Assembly: GCA_045656965.1 (NCBI GenBank)
Contig: JAZOSE010000124.1
Span: 1-50,938, forward strand
Source: Eubacteriales bacterium
Lineage (GTDB): Bacteria > Bacillota > Clostridia > Oscillospirales > CAG-272
Direction of reading: 5' to 3'
DNA: 50,938 nt
The translations under genes were made by a program, and so were the position numbers. How positions within the stretch are numbered: position 1 is the first letter of the stretch; the number at the start of each line of letters is the position of its first letter. Below the pieces are notes generated by a model. The model made no database searches. It was not told where the DNA came from and saw only the letters and a program-made list of their open reading frames with translations. Positions 9,346 through 18,453 of this stretch are shown here, piece by piece.

Positions 9346-10665
9346 ATGAATGAGGTTTTTGTGGCTCTTCGGCATTTTTTTGAAAGCCGATGGCATATGC
9401 TTATCCTCTTTCTTTTGTCTGTGGGCGCAACGCTCTTTAACCTTGAGCACTACATTATCCCCATTTTCGTTCTTTGGATCGTTTTTATTATGGTCACGCA
9501 CGAAAATTTTACGGATATTCTCCTTCCTATTCTTCTTTTGAACGCTATGGCAATCCGCACGATAGGGCAAAGCACCTATCACGAAAAGCATCTTTGGCTA
9601 GCGATCCCGGCGGCGCTCGGTATTCTTTTGCACTTTATCATTTTCCCGCGCAAGATTACTGTCGGTAAGAGCTTTTATCCCCTTTGTGCCGTTTCGCTGG
9701 CGCTTCTTCTTGGTGGCGTGGGTGTCATCGAGAGGGAAGAGTATTTTAACGTTTCCTCACTTTACTTCGTCTTTTTCCTCGGCATCGGTATGATAGGCTT
9801 TTATCTTTGGATGCGATGCCATATGATATCCTCGGAAAGCTATGACGTTAAGGAGCGATTTCTTCTGATCCTTTACGTCTTCGGTGTTTTTTGTGCCTTC
9901 TCTATTCTTGAAGAATCGCTCCGCCTCTATATTGGCTACGGAGATGTCGTACCCTTTTCTTGGTGCAACGATATTTGCGAGATGCTTCTTTTTGCGATTC
10001 CCGTTCCGTTCTATTTCGCAAGGCGAAATTTTTATCACTTCTTCGTTCCGTTTCTTCTTTACGCGGCAATGCTTCCCGCGATGTCCTTGACGGCTGTTGC
10101 CGTCGGTGCCGTTCTTCTTCTCCTCGGTGTGGTGTATACTGCACTTTATAACAGAGAAAAAAGACTTTTTGCTTATGTCGTGCTGTCGCTTCTTTTGGGA
10201 GTCGGGGTTTTCTTAGGATTTTATTTTGATCTTTTCGGGATCGATAAGATAAGCGCATTTTTTGAGAATCAGGAAAACGGGCGTCTCCCCCTCTTTAAAA
10301 ACGCGTGGGAGAATTTTCTGGCGCATCCCCTTTTCGGCGCCGGTATGGGAAGAGGGAACACCGGCGAGAGCGTCCTCAACGGCTTTTGGACGCATAACTA
10401 CGTTTTGCAGATCCTCGGCAGTATGGGTATTCTCGGTGCGCTCGCCTTTGGCTATCAGTTTTTTGTGCGTATGCGTCTTGTGTTTAGACGTATGAGTGCG
10501 CTTCGCATAATCGTTTTTCTCTCGTATTTAGGCATATTCCTTGCCTCTATGCTTCAACCTGGCGAGTTTTGCCCAATGCCGTATGAGCTTTTGGCGGTTG
10601 CCCTTTTCGTAATTTTGGAGCGCGACGAGGCGTCTGAAAATCCTCGCGTTCCTTTTAGCAACTGA
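9346..10665 (+). CDS. O-antigen ligase (Wzy_C) family polytopic membrane protein
   Basis: 439 aa with many TM segments. Wzy_C-type loop GRGNTGES...FWTHNYVLQILGSMGILGALAF. Confidence 0.65.
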   Translation: MNEVFVALRHFFESRWHMLILFLLSVGATLFNLEHYIIPIFVLWIVFIMVTHENFTDILLPILLLNAMAIRTIGQSTYHEKHLWLAIPAALGILLHFIIFPRKITVGKSFYPLCAVSLALLLGGVGVIEREEYFNVSSLYFVFFLGIGMIGFYLWMRCHMISSESYDVKERFLLILYVFGVFCAFSILEESLRLYIGYGDVVPFSWCNDICEMLLFAIPVPFYFARRNFYHFFVPFLLYAAMLPAMSLTAVAVGAVLLLLGVVYTALYNREKRLFAYVVLSLLLGVGVFLGFYFDLFGIDKISAFFENQENGRLPLFKNAWENFLAHPLFGAGMGRGNTGESVLNGFWTHNYVLQILGSMGILGALAFGYQFFVRMRLVFRRMSALRIIVFLSYLGIFLASMLQPGEFCPMPYELLAVALFVILERDEASENPRVPFSN

Positions 10666-10701
10666 TTTTATTGCTTTTTTAAGCTATATAAGGAGACTTT
10701 T

Positions 10702-12795
10702 ATGATGAACATTCCCGAGCTTTTTGGTACGATGGTCTTTGGCGATGCCGAAATGAAGGCACGTCTTTCCGAGGAGACCTATCTTGCGCTGAAAAAGACG
10801 ATAAAGGACGGCAGAAGTTTAAAACTTGAGATTGCCAATACCGTCGCCGATGCTATGCGCGAGTGGGCAACCGAGAAGGGTGCCACCCATTTTACCCACT
10901 GGTTCCAGCCTATGACGGGTATTACCGCCGAAAAGCACGATAGCTTTATCAGCCCCACCGCAGACGGTAAGGTCATTATGGAATTTCGCGGCAAGGAGCT
11001 CGTTCGCGGCGAGTCCGATGCCTCATCCTTCCCCTCAGGCGGTCTTCGCGCAACCTTTGAGGCGCGTGGCTACACCGCGTGGGACCCTACCTCTTATGCC
11101 TTTGTAAAGGACAACGTTCTTTATATTCCCACGGCATTCTGCTCTTGGGGTGGTGACGCACTTGACCAGAAAACCCCTCTGCTTCGTTCTATGGAGGCAC
11201 TCAACAAGCAGGCGCTGCGCGTGATCCATCTTTTTGGAAACGAGGACGTTACCTCTATTCAAACCACCGTCGGTCCGGAGCAGGAGTATTTCCTTATCGA
11301 TGCGGAAATGTACAATCAGCGCAAGGACCTTCGTTACACGGGCAGAACCCTTTTCGGCGCGAAGCCTCCCAAGGGTCAGGAGCTCGGAGACCACTATTAC
11401 GGAACCATCAAGCCCAGCGTTCAGGCGTTTATGCGCGATCTTGACGAGGAGCTTTGGAAGGTTGGCGTTCTTGCTAAGACAGAGCACAACGAGGCGGCAC
11501 CTGCACAGCACGAGCTTGCGCCCATCTTCACGACGGGAAACCTTGCCGCTGATCATAACCAGTTAACCATGGAGCTGATGCAGAAGATCGCAAAGCGCCA
11601 CGGAATGATCTGCTTGCTTCACGAAAAGCCCTTTGCCGGCGTCAACGGCTCGGGTAAGCATAACAACTGGTCTATGTCCACCAACACCGGCATCAACCTC
11701 TTTGAGCCGGGTGAAACTCCCCACGAGAACGCACAGTTCCTTCTCTTCTTCTGTGCCGTTATTCGCGCGGTAGACGAGTATCAGGATCTTCTTCGCATTT
11801 CCGTTGCGGGTGCGGGCAACGATCACCGCTTAGGCGCAAACGAGGCACCCCCTGCGATTGTTTCTATGTTTATCGGCGACGAGCTTGAGGCGATCTTAAA
11901 GTCTATCGAGGAGGAAACGGCATATTCCGCGCAGGAAAAGGTGCAAATGCGTATCGGCGTTCACGTGCTTCCTAAGTTCCCGAAGGATACCACCGACCGC
12001 AACCGTACCTCGCCCTTTGCCTTTACGGGTAATAAGTTTGAGTTCCGTATGCTCGGCTCATCTGCCTCTATCGCAACCCCCAACGTGATGATCAACACGG
12101 CGGTTGCCGAGGTCTTATCCGATTTTGCGGACAAGCTTGAGGGTGCCAAAGACTTTAACGGTGCGCTCCACGACCTTATCCGTGACACCATTAAGGCGCA
12201 TAAGCGCATTATCTTCAACGGCAACGGCTACGGAAGCGAGTGGGTCAAGGAAGCAGAGAAGAGAGGTCTTTCCAATTACAGAACGACCCCCGACGCGCTT
12301 GCACACTTTGCCGACGAAAAGAACGTTGAGCTTTTCTTAAAGCACAAGGTCCTCAGCAAAAACGAGATCATCTCCCGTCACCGTATTACCTTAAGCAACT
12401 ATTGCAAGATCAATATTATCGAGGCGCTGACGATGATCGAAATGGCGCGCCGTGAGTTCATACCCGCCATTTGCAAATATACCAAGGTGCTCTCCGAAGC
12501 GATCGGTGCAAAGCGTGCGCTTCGTATGAAGCTCGACACCTCCTATGAGGAAAAAACGCTTCGCGCGCTTTCCGATATATCCTCTAACGCCTTCGTTCTT
12601 TGCGAGAATATGGAGGCTCTTGTCGTTGAGATCCGCAAGGAAAAGGACGTTACCCGTCGCGGCGACCGCGTGCGCGACGAGCTTGCGCCCCGAATGGAAA
12701 AGCTTCGCGAGATGATCGACTATGCGGAAAGCATCACGGACCGTGCGCATTGGCCCGTGCCTACCTACGGCGAGCTTCTTTACGGCGTCCGTTAA
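10702..12795 (+). CDS. glnN: glutamine synthetase type III
   Basis: 697 aa. The N-terminus (FG..VF....M...L......L) and the HFTHWFQPMTG, EQEYFLID and NGSGKHNNWS motifs are typical of GS-III. Confidence 0.92.
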   Translation: MMNIPELFGTMVFGDAEMKARLSEETYLALKKTIKDGRSLKLEIANTVADAMREWATEKGATHFTHWFQPMTGITAEKHDSFISPTADGKVIMEFRGKELVRGESDASSFPSGGLRATFEARGYTAWDPTSYAFVKDNVLYIPTAFCSWGGDALDQKTPLLRSMEALNKQALRVIHLFGNEDVTSIQTTVGPEQEYFLIDAEMYNQRKDLRYTGRTLFGAKPPKGQELGDHYYGTIKPSVQAFMRDLDEELWKVGVLAKTEHNEAAPAQHELAPIFTTGNLAADHNQLTMELMQKIAKRHGMICLLHEKPFAGVNGSGKHNNWSMSTNTGINLFEPGETPHENAQFLLFFCAVIRAVDEYQDLLRISVAGAGNDHRLGANEAPPAIVSMFIGDELEAILKSIEEETAYSAQEKVQMRIGVHVLPKFPKDTTDRNRTSPFAFTGNKFEFRMLGSSASIATPNVMINTAVAEVLSDFADKLEGAKDFNGALHDLIRDTIKAHKRIIFNGNGYGSEWVKEAEKRGLSNYRTTPDALAHFADEKNVELFLKHKVLSKNEIISRHRITLSNYCKINIIEALTMIEMARREFIPAICKYTKVLSEAIGAKRALRMKLDTSYEEKTLRALSDISSNAFVLCENMEALVVEIRKEKDVTRRGDRVRDELAPRMEKLREMIDYAESITDRAHWPVPTYGELLYGVR

Positions 12796-12806
12796 GAAAA
12801 AAGCAC

Positions 12807-12830
12807 CCTCGCCTTCCGCGAGGTTTCTTC
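12807..12830 (+). terminator. intrinsic terminator after glnN
   Basis: CCTCGC(12807-12812)/GCGAGG(12818-12823) hairpin followed by TTTCTTCC. Confidence 0.5.
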
Positions 12831-12840
12831 CTATGTCCTT

Positions 12841-13212
12841 TTAATTCATTTTTTCAGCCATATATTTTTTGATTGCCTCAAAGGAAACGTCGCTGATCGC
12901 GTGCTCCATCTTGCAAGCGTCCTTAACGGCCACCGCCTCGTCTACCCCAAAGGTGATCAACAGGCGCGTGAAGAGCGTGTGGCGCTCGTATATTTTTTCG
13001 GCAATATCTTTTCCGCTTTCCGTAAGCGCAAGATGCCCGTCCTTGTCTGCCACAACGTATCCCGCACGCCTAAGAAGGCCGATAGCGCGGCTTACGCTGG
13101 GCTTGGAATATCCCATTTCCTCGCCAACGTCAATGGCGCGTACAGAGTTGTTTTTCTTGGAAAGACGGAGAATGGTTTCAAGATACATTTCTCCCGATTC
13201 TTGAAGATGCAT
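12841..13212 (-). CDS. DtxR/MntR family metal-dependent transcriptional regulator (short form, no SH3-like domain)
   Basis: The ATG at 13212 gives 123 aa: MHLQESGEMYLETIL...VRAIDVGEEMGYSKPSVSRAI (wHTH) followed by a dimerisation helix region. The longer 182-aa ORF extension has no homology-like features. Confidence 0.85.
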   Translation of the reverse strand: MHLQESGEMYLETILRLSKKNNSVRAIDVGEEMGYSKPSVSRAIGLLRRAGYVVADKDGHLALTESGKDIAEKIYERHTLFTRLLITFGVDEAVAVKDACKMEHAISDVSFEAIKKYMAEKMN

Positions 13213-13333
13213 AGGGCTTTGTCCTCTCTCACAAGCGCTTTGTGCGTCTGTGCCGTTTTTGCATTTTATATATTTTAACACGTTTTTATTAAAAAAGCAA
13301 GAGCTATATGGAAAAACGCCTTTTGAGGCGAAA

Positions 13334-14635
13334 ATGAAAGGAATTCGTATGGAAAACAAAAAGCTTTCGGCAAAACTTTGGGTCCTCATTTTGGTGCTCG
13401 GTCTTGCAGGTCAGTTTGCATGGACGATAGAGAATATGTATTTAAACGTATTCCTCTACAATACCGTCTCAGCTTCCTCTGATGCGATCGCCGCGATGGT
13501 TGCGGCAAGCGGTATCGTTGCCACACTTACCACGCTCTTTATGGGTGCGCTGTCCGACCGCCTCGGTCGTCGCCGCTCCTTTATTGTTGTTGGTTATCTT
13601 CTTTGGGGCGTTGCTACCGCCGCCTTCGGTTTTGTTTCCGTTGATGCCATCGGCACTCTGTTTCCTATGGCAAACGCGGCGCTTGTGGCAACGGTCTTCG
13701 TTGTTGCCCTTGATTGCGTTATGACATTCTTCGGCTCGACGGCAAACGACGCTGCCTTCAATTCCATGATTACGGAAAGCACGAGCGACGGTAATCGCGG
13801 AAGGGTAGAAACGGTGCTCGTTACTCTGCCTTTGATCTCTATGCTCGTTATATTCGGACTTTTCGACGGTATGACGAAGGAGGGGCGCTGGCGTGAGTTC
13901 TTCCTCATCTTCGGAGGACTTGTCGTTGCGGTCGGCTTGCTTGCTCTTTTCCTTCTTCCAAAGGAGACACCGAAGCCGCGCCGCGACTCTTATATCAAAA
14001 ATATCTTCTATGGCTTCCGTCCTTCCGTAATTAAGGAGAACGCCCTTCTTTATATTGCGCTTTGTGCCTTTGGCATCTTCAACATCGCCGTACAGGTCTT
14101 TTTCCCTTACCTCATCATTTATATTCAAAATTACTTGAAGCTGGATAATTACGCTATTATTTTGGGCGTGGTTCTTATCGTAGCATCTCTGTTAAGCATT
14201 TTGAGCGGTCGTCTTATGGATAAGCTTGGAAAGCTGAATTTTGTTCTTCCTTCGGTCTTTGTTATGCTTGTCGGTCTTATTTTGATGTTCTTCGTTCGCG
14301 CCACGCTTCCCGTGATTCTTGCGGGCATCGTTATGATGGGCGGATATATGTTCGTTAACGCCGCGCTCTCAGCTTTGATCAGGGACAAAACACCGGAAAG
14401 CAAGGTGGGACTTTTCCAAGGCATACGAATGATTTTCCAAGTCCTTATTCCTATGGTAGTAGGTCCCTTTATCGGCTCGCTGATCATTAAAAACAGCGAC
14501 GGCGGCGTTTACGAGGAGCTTGGTGTAATTAAAGAGGTTCCGATCCCCGCCATCTTTATCGGTGCAGCGGCAGTGCTTCTTCTTTCTCTTGCTCCGATCT
14601 TCTATCTTTGGAAGAAGGAAAGAGCGCAAAAGTAA
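13334..14635 (+). CDS. MFS transporter
   Basis: About 12 TM segments with the MFS loop signature GALSDRLGRRR. Start at ATG 13334 (or 13349), with GAGG/AAGGA SD-like sequences. Confidence 0.85.
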   Translation: MKGIRMENKKLSAKLWVLILVLGLAGQFAWTIENMYLNVFLYNTVSASSDAIAAMVAASGIVATLTTLFMGALSDRLGRRRSFIVVGYLLWGVATAAFGFVSVDAIGTLFPMANAALVATVFVVALDCVMTFFGSTANDAAFNSMITESTSDGNRGRVETVLVTLPLISMLVIFGLFDGMTKEGRWREFFLIFGGLVVAVGLLALFLLPKETPKPRRDSYIKNIFYGFRPSVIKENALLYIALCAFGIFNIAVQVFFPYLIIYIQNYLKLDNYAIILGVVLIVASLLSILSGRLMDKLGKLNFVLPSVFVMLVGLILMFFVRATLPVILAGIVMMGGYMFVNAALSALIRDKTPESKVGLFQGIRMIFQVLIPMVVGPFIGSLIIKNSDGGVYEELGVIKEVPIPAIFIGAAAVLLLSLAPIFYLWKKERAQK

Positions 14636-14649
14636 TTTCGCCTATAAAA

Positions 14650-14685
14650 CAAAATCCGATCTTCGCGAGAAGATCGGATTTTTCT
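14650..14685. terminator. bidirectional intrinsic terminator between the MFS gene and ftsZ
   Basis: 12-bp stem AATCCGATCTTC/GAAGATCGGATT with a GCGA loop, flanked by an A-run and a T-run. Confidence 0.85.
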
Positions 14686-14695
14686 TTATGTAGGC

Positions 14696-15925
14696 TTATT
14701 TCTTCGAACGGTTGAGAATATTCATGATCTCGCCGAAATCGTCGTCCGTGAGGCTTCCGAAGGCATCACCACTGTCAGCAGGCTGTGCGGGAGCGGGGGC
14801 AACAGGTGCATTAGCGGCAGGAGCAACGGGAGCTGCGGGGGCGGCAGGACGCGGTGCTGTCGCAGAGGGACGCATAGGCTGCTGGGTCATACCGTAGCCA
14901 CCACCAAGGTTCTGGCGGGGAACTGCGGTCGTTGCGGGAGCGGGAGCTGCCTCGGCGGTCTCCTGTGCGTTTTCAAAGCCGGTGGCAATGATGGTAACGC
15001 GCATTTCGTCCTCAAGAGCAGGATCAAAGGAAGCGCCCCAGATGATGTTGGCATCGGGATGAGCCTCCTCTTGGATCATCGAGGAAGCAATATCTACGTC
15101 CTCAAGGCTGACGTCGGGCGATGCGGTAATGCTAACGAGAATACCCATAGCGCCTGCGATAGAGGTTTCAAGCAGGGGAGAGGAGATGGCTGCCATAGCG
15201 GCAAGCTGAGCCTTTTCCGTGCCCGTTGCGCTACCAACACCCATATGAGCAAAGCCGGCGTTCTTCATAACCGAGGTAACGTCCGCAAAGTCAAGGTTAA
15301 CGAAGCCTGTGCCGTTGATCAGCTCGGAAACGCTCTGAACACCGCGGCGCAAAACGTCGTCGGCGATCTCAAAGGCATTGATCATCGTGATGCGGGTATC
15401 GGATACCTGCTTCAGACTTTCGTTGGGAATGATGATAAGAGAGTCAACGAACTGCTTAAGATTCTTGATACCCTCTTCTGCTTGGAGCATTCTGCGGCGA
15501 CCCTCAAATGCGAAGGGCTTGGTTACAATACCGACCGTTAAAATGCCCATATCCTTTGCCGCCTGTGCGATGACGGGAGCTGCACCCGTACCGGTTCCGC
15601 CGCCCATGCCTGCGGTGATAAATACCATATCCGTGTCGGTGAGCATTTCCTTGATCGCCTCGATGCTTTCCTCTGCGGAGCGCTTGCCCGTTTCGGGATT
15701 TGCGCCTGCACCGAAGCCCTTGGTGACCTTCTCACCGATAATGATTTTTTGAGAAGCGTTTGAGGTTTGAAGAACCATAGCATCGGTGTTTACCGCAACG
15801 AATTCAACACCGCGAATATTGGTGGAGATCATGCGCTCAACAGCGTTTCCGCCGCCTCCGCCGACACCCACAACCTTAATGCGTACACCGCTGAAAATTC
15901 CGTCGTTCATCATCTCGTAGGGCAT
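14696..15925 (-). CDS. ftsZ: cell division protein FtsZ
   Basis: 409 aa. Tubulin signature GVGGGGGNAV and GGGTGTGAAP. Long Pro/Ala linker and a C-terminal peptide DDDFGEIMNILNRSKK. Confidence 0.97.
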   Translation of the reverse strand: MPYEMMNDGIFSGVRIKVVGVGGGGGNAVERMISTNIRGVEFVAVNTDAMVLQTSNASQKIIIGEKVTKGFGAGANPETGKRSAEESIEAIKEMLTDTDMVFITAGMGGGTGTGAAPVIAQAAKDMGILTVGIVTKPFAFEGRRRMLQAEEGIKNLKQFVDSLIIIPNESLKQVSDTRITMINAFEIADDVLRRGVQSVSELINGTGFVNLDFADVTSVMKNAGFAHMGVGSATGTEKAQLAAMAAISSPLLETSIAGAMGILVSITASPDVSLEDVDIASSMIQEEAHPDANIIWGASFDPALEDEMRVTIIATGFENAQETAEAAPAPATTAVPRQNLGGGYGMTQQPMRPSATAPRPAAPAAPVAPAANAPVAPAPAQPADSGDAFGSLTDDDFGEIMNILNRSKK

Positions 15926-16000
15926 AATTTATCCTCCGTTTTTTCATCCTGTATTTTGTTTAGTGCGGAGCGAAACCGCACGCTTTTTCCCTATATTTCT

Positions 16001-16029
16001 ATATTACATTACTTTTATAGTATTTGCAA
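16001..16029 (-). promoter_or_regulatory. putative sigma-A promoter for ftsZ
   Basis: On the minus strand: TTGCAA (16029-16024), 17-nt spacer, TAATAT (16006-16001). It lies downstream of the murG terminator. Confidence 0.45.
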
Positions 16030-16101
16030 GCGCTTTTTGAAATTTCATAAATAGTTAACAATTTAAAATCAGAAAACGGAACTAATTTTTCGGCAGAATA
16101 C

Positions 16102-16134
16102 AAAAAAGCCGTGCCAACGGATCAAAGGCACGGC
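16102..16134 (-). terminator. intrinsic terminator after murG
   Basis: On the minus strand: GCCGTGCC...GGCACGGC hairpin followed by a T6 run. Confidence 0.75.
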
Positions 16135-16142
16135 AATTGCTC

Positions 16143-17234
16143 TCATTCGTAAAGTCCTTTTAAAACGGCGGCGAAGAGAAGCGGTGTTTCCTCCTTGTCG
16201 AACTGTCTTACCGCTCTTTCGGCAGAGAGGAGGTTTCCTTCGTTTTTTTGAAGGGATAGCACCTTTGAGGCAATAGTGTTTCCGTTAAGATATTTTTCCT
16301 CCATCACCCACGCGGCGTTCTTCTTTTGATACGCATAGGCATTGATCCTTTGGTGGTCGCCGCTAACGTTTGGAGAAGGCACAAGGATCGAGGCGCGACC
16401 GAGGCGAGAGATCTCCGCCAACGTGATAGCTCCCGCTCTTGAAAGGATAAGATTGGCGGCGCTCATATAAAGCGGCATTTTCTCAATATAGGGCAAAACG
16501 TGCTTGTCGTCCTTATATGCCGGACGTTTTTTGACGGCTTCCTCATAATAGCGGCTTCCCGTTGCGTGAACGTGAAGTATCCCATTTTTTCCCCTTAGTC
16601 TATCCATAGCATCAAGGCAGGCGCGGTTGATCTCGGCGGCACCAAGGCTCCCCCCGAAGGAGAGAAAGAAAAAAACGTCCTTCGGTATTCCGAGAACCGA
16701 GCGTGCTTCCTCGCGCGTGACGGAATAGAACTCCTCTCTTAAAGGAGCGCCGATCACACGTGCCTTGGAAGGATAGCGCATATGACAGAGGCATTCCTCA
16801 AATTGAAGCAGCGTGCGAGAGGCGGCTTTTTCACAAAGACGAACGCAAAGCCCCGGGGTCGCATTGGCTTCAAAAAGAAGGGACGGTATCTTTAAGGCTC
16901 GCGCCGCCTTGATAAAAGGATAGCTAACGTACCCACCCGTGCCGATCACCAGATCTGCACGTACTTCCTTTAGGATCTTTTTTGCCTCTCTGGGAGCGCT
17001 CAAAGCATAAAAAGCTGAACGTAAATTTCGGCAGGATATTTTTCTTTGAAGCCCCTCAATGCGTATATCAAAGAAAGGATAGCCGGCGTCTTGAAAGATA
17101 CTCTCCTCCATAGAGGAGGGTCTGCCCGCAAAGAAAATTTTGGCTTCGGGATCATTTCGCCGTATCATTTGAGCCATCGCCAAGGCAGGATTGATGTGTC
17201 CGCCGCTCCCACCTGCGGCAAGTAATACCCTCAT
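16143..17234 (-). CDS. murG: undecaprenyldiphospho-muramoylpentapeptide beta-N-acetylglucosaminyltransferase MurG
   Basis: 363 aa. N-terminal AAGGSGGHINPALA motif. Position in the dcw cluster. Confidence 0.95.
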   Translation of the reverse strand: MRVLLAAGGSGGHINPALAMAQMIRRNDPEAKIFFAGRPSSMEESIFQDAGYPFFDIRIEGLQRKISCRNLRSAFYALSAPREAKKILKEVRADLVIGTGGYVSYPFIKAARALKIPSLLFEANATPGLCVRLCEKAASRTLLQFEECLCHMRYPSKARVIGAPLREEFYSVTREEARSVLGIPKDVFFFLSFGGSLGAAEINRACLDAMDRLRGKNGILHVHATGSRYYEEAVKKRPAYKDDKHVLPYIEKMPLYMSAANLILSRAGAITLAEISRLGRASILVPSPNVSGDHQRINAYAYQKKNAAWVMEEKYLNGNTIASKVLSLQKNEGNLLSAERAVRQFDKEETPLLFAAVLKGLYE

Positions 17235-17247
17235 ATGCGTCTCCTTT

Positions 17248-18444
17248 TTATCGTGGTATATGTGAATCGGCAGATGCAGAAAGAATCAGCCCCATTTCCG
17301 CAAAAAGCATGACAAGGGAGGATCCGCCGTAGCTGAAGAAGGGCAGAGATATGCCCGTGTTGGGAAGTGTGTTCGTGATAACGCAAACGTTCAAAAGAAC
17401 TTGAATTGCGACCTTTAAGGTAAGCCCCATAACGGCAAGAGAGGAAAAGGAGTCGGGGTGCCTTGCGGCGATCAGCGTGCCACGCCAAACGAAAACGGCG
17501 AAAAGGGCAAGCACCGAAAGCGCCCCGATAAAGCCAAGCTCCTCACAAATGATGGTGAAAATAAAATCGTTTTGCGGCTCGGAAACGTAAAGATATTTTA
17601 ATCGGCTCTCGCCGTATCCAAGTCCAAATACTCCTCCTGAGCCGATTGCCATCAAGCCTTGAAGGGTTTGCCATCCGCCGTCTCTCGGATAGAGCTCGGG
17701 GTTTAACCAAATGGTAATTCTTCGACGCGTATATTCCACCGCAAGCGCGAAGGTGGCGACCGAAAGACCGCCTCCGCCGCACATAAAGCCAAGTATTTTT
17801 CCGTTGCCGCCCGCTAAAAATATCATAGATATGGCAAGCGTGCCGAGAATGATAATGCAAGAAAGGTGCTTTTCGGGTAGAATAAAGGCGCAAAGCGTGA
17901 TGAGGAACAAAAGAGGGTACAGTATCCCGTATAAAAACGACCCCTTCCTCCCTTTATAAAGCCGAGAGCGCGTTTTGGGCGAGGAAAAGTAATATGCGAG
18001 CATTAACACCAAAGCACTTTTGGCAAGCTCGGAGGGCTGGAAGGTGAAGGGGCCGAGGGAGAGCCAGCGCTTTGCACCGCCCGCCTCTGTGCCGAAAATA
18101 GGAACGAGCAAAAGCAGAAAAAGGGTGGCTCCGTATATGGCGGGTGCATATCTTTTGATCTTTTCAAGTGATATGCGAGAAAAAACGAGCATAGAGGCAA
18201 TGCCGAGGCTTGCCCAAAGTGCCTGTCGGCGCACAAAATAATAGGGATCTGAGAAACGAACATCAGCGTATGCGGTGCTGGCGCTGCATATCATAAAGGA
18301 TCCGTAAATGCCAAGTGCGATCACTGTCAAAAGCATAATGCGGTCAACGCCCGTTTCCTTTTTTAGTAAAGGGGCGAGCCTTCCTTTTCTTTCTTGCTTT
18401 GCTTCTCCTTTGGGCGTGTGAATATAAAAGCCGTGCTTCGTCAT
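17248..18444 (-). CDS. ftsW: SEDS family protein FtsW/SpoVE (peptidoglycan glycosyltransferase)
   Basis: 398 aa, polytopic. SEDS motifs (LQPSELAK-like FQPSELAKSAL, SYGGSS). Position in the dcw cluster. Confidence 0.9.
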   Translation of the reverse strand: MTKHGFYIHTPKGEAKQERKGRLAPLLKKETGVDRIMLLTVIALGIYGSFMICSASTAYADVRFSDPYYFVRRQALWASLGIASMLVFSRISLEKIKRYAPAIYGATLFLLLLVPIFGTEAGGAKRWLSLGPFTFQPSELAKSALVLMLAYYFSSPKTRSRLYKGRKGSFLYGILYPLLFLITLCAFILPEKHLSCIIILGTLAISMIFLAGGNGKILGFMCGGGGLSVATFALAVEYTRRRITIWLNPELYPRDGGWQTLQGLMAIGSGGVFGLGYGESRLKYLYVSEPQNDFIFTIICEELGFIGALSVLALFAVFVWRGTLIAARHPDSFSSLAVMGLTLKVAIQVLLNVCVITNTLPNTGISLPFFSYGGSSLVMLFAEMGLILSASADSHIPR

Positions 18445-18453
18445 GTTTCCCCC

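Noticed and set aside
15963-15988. Hairpin GTGCGG-N7-CCGCAC followed by GCTTTTT on the plus strand (terminator-like)
   Set aside because: Nothing is transcribed towards it on the plus strand. On the minus strand it lies in the ftsZ 5' leader without a T-run. It is probably just leader secondary structure.
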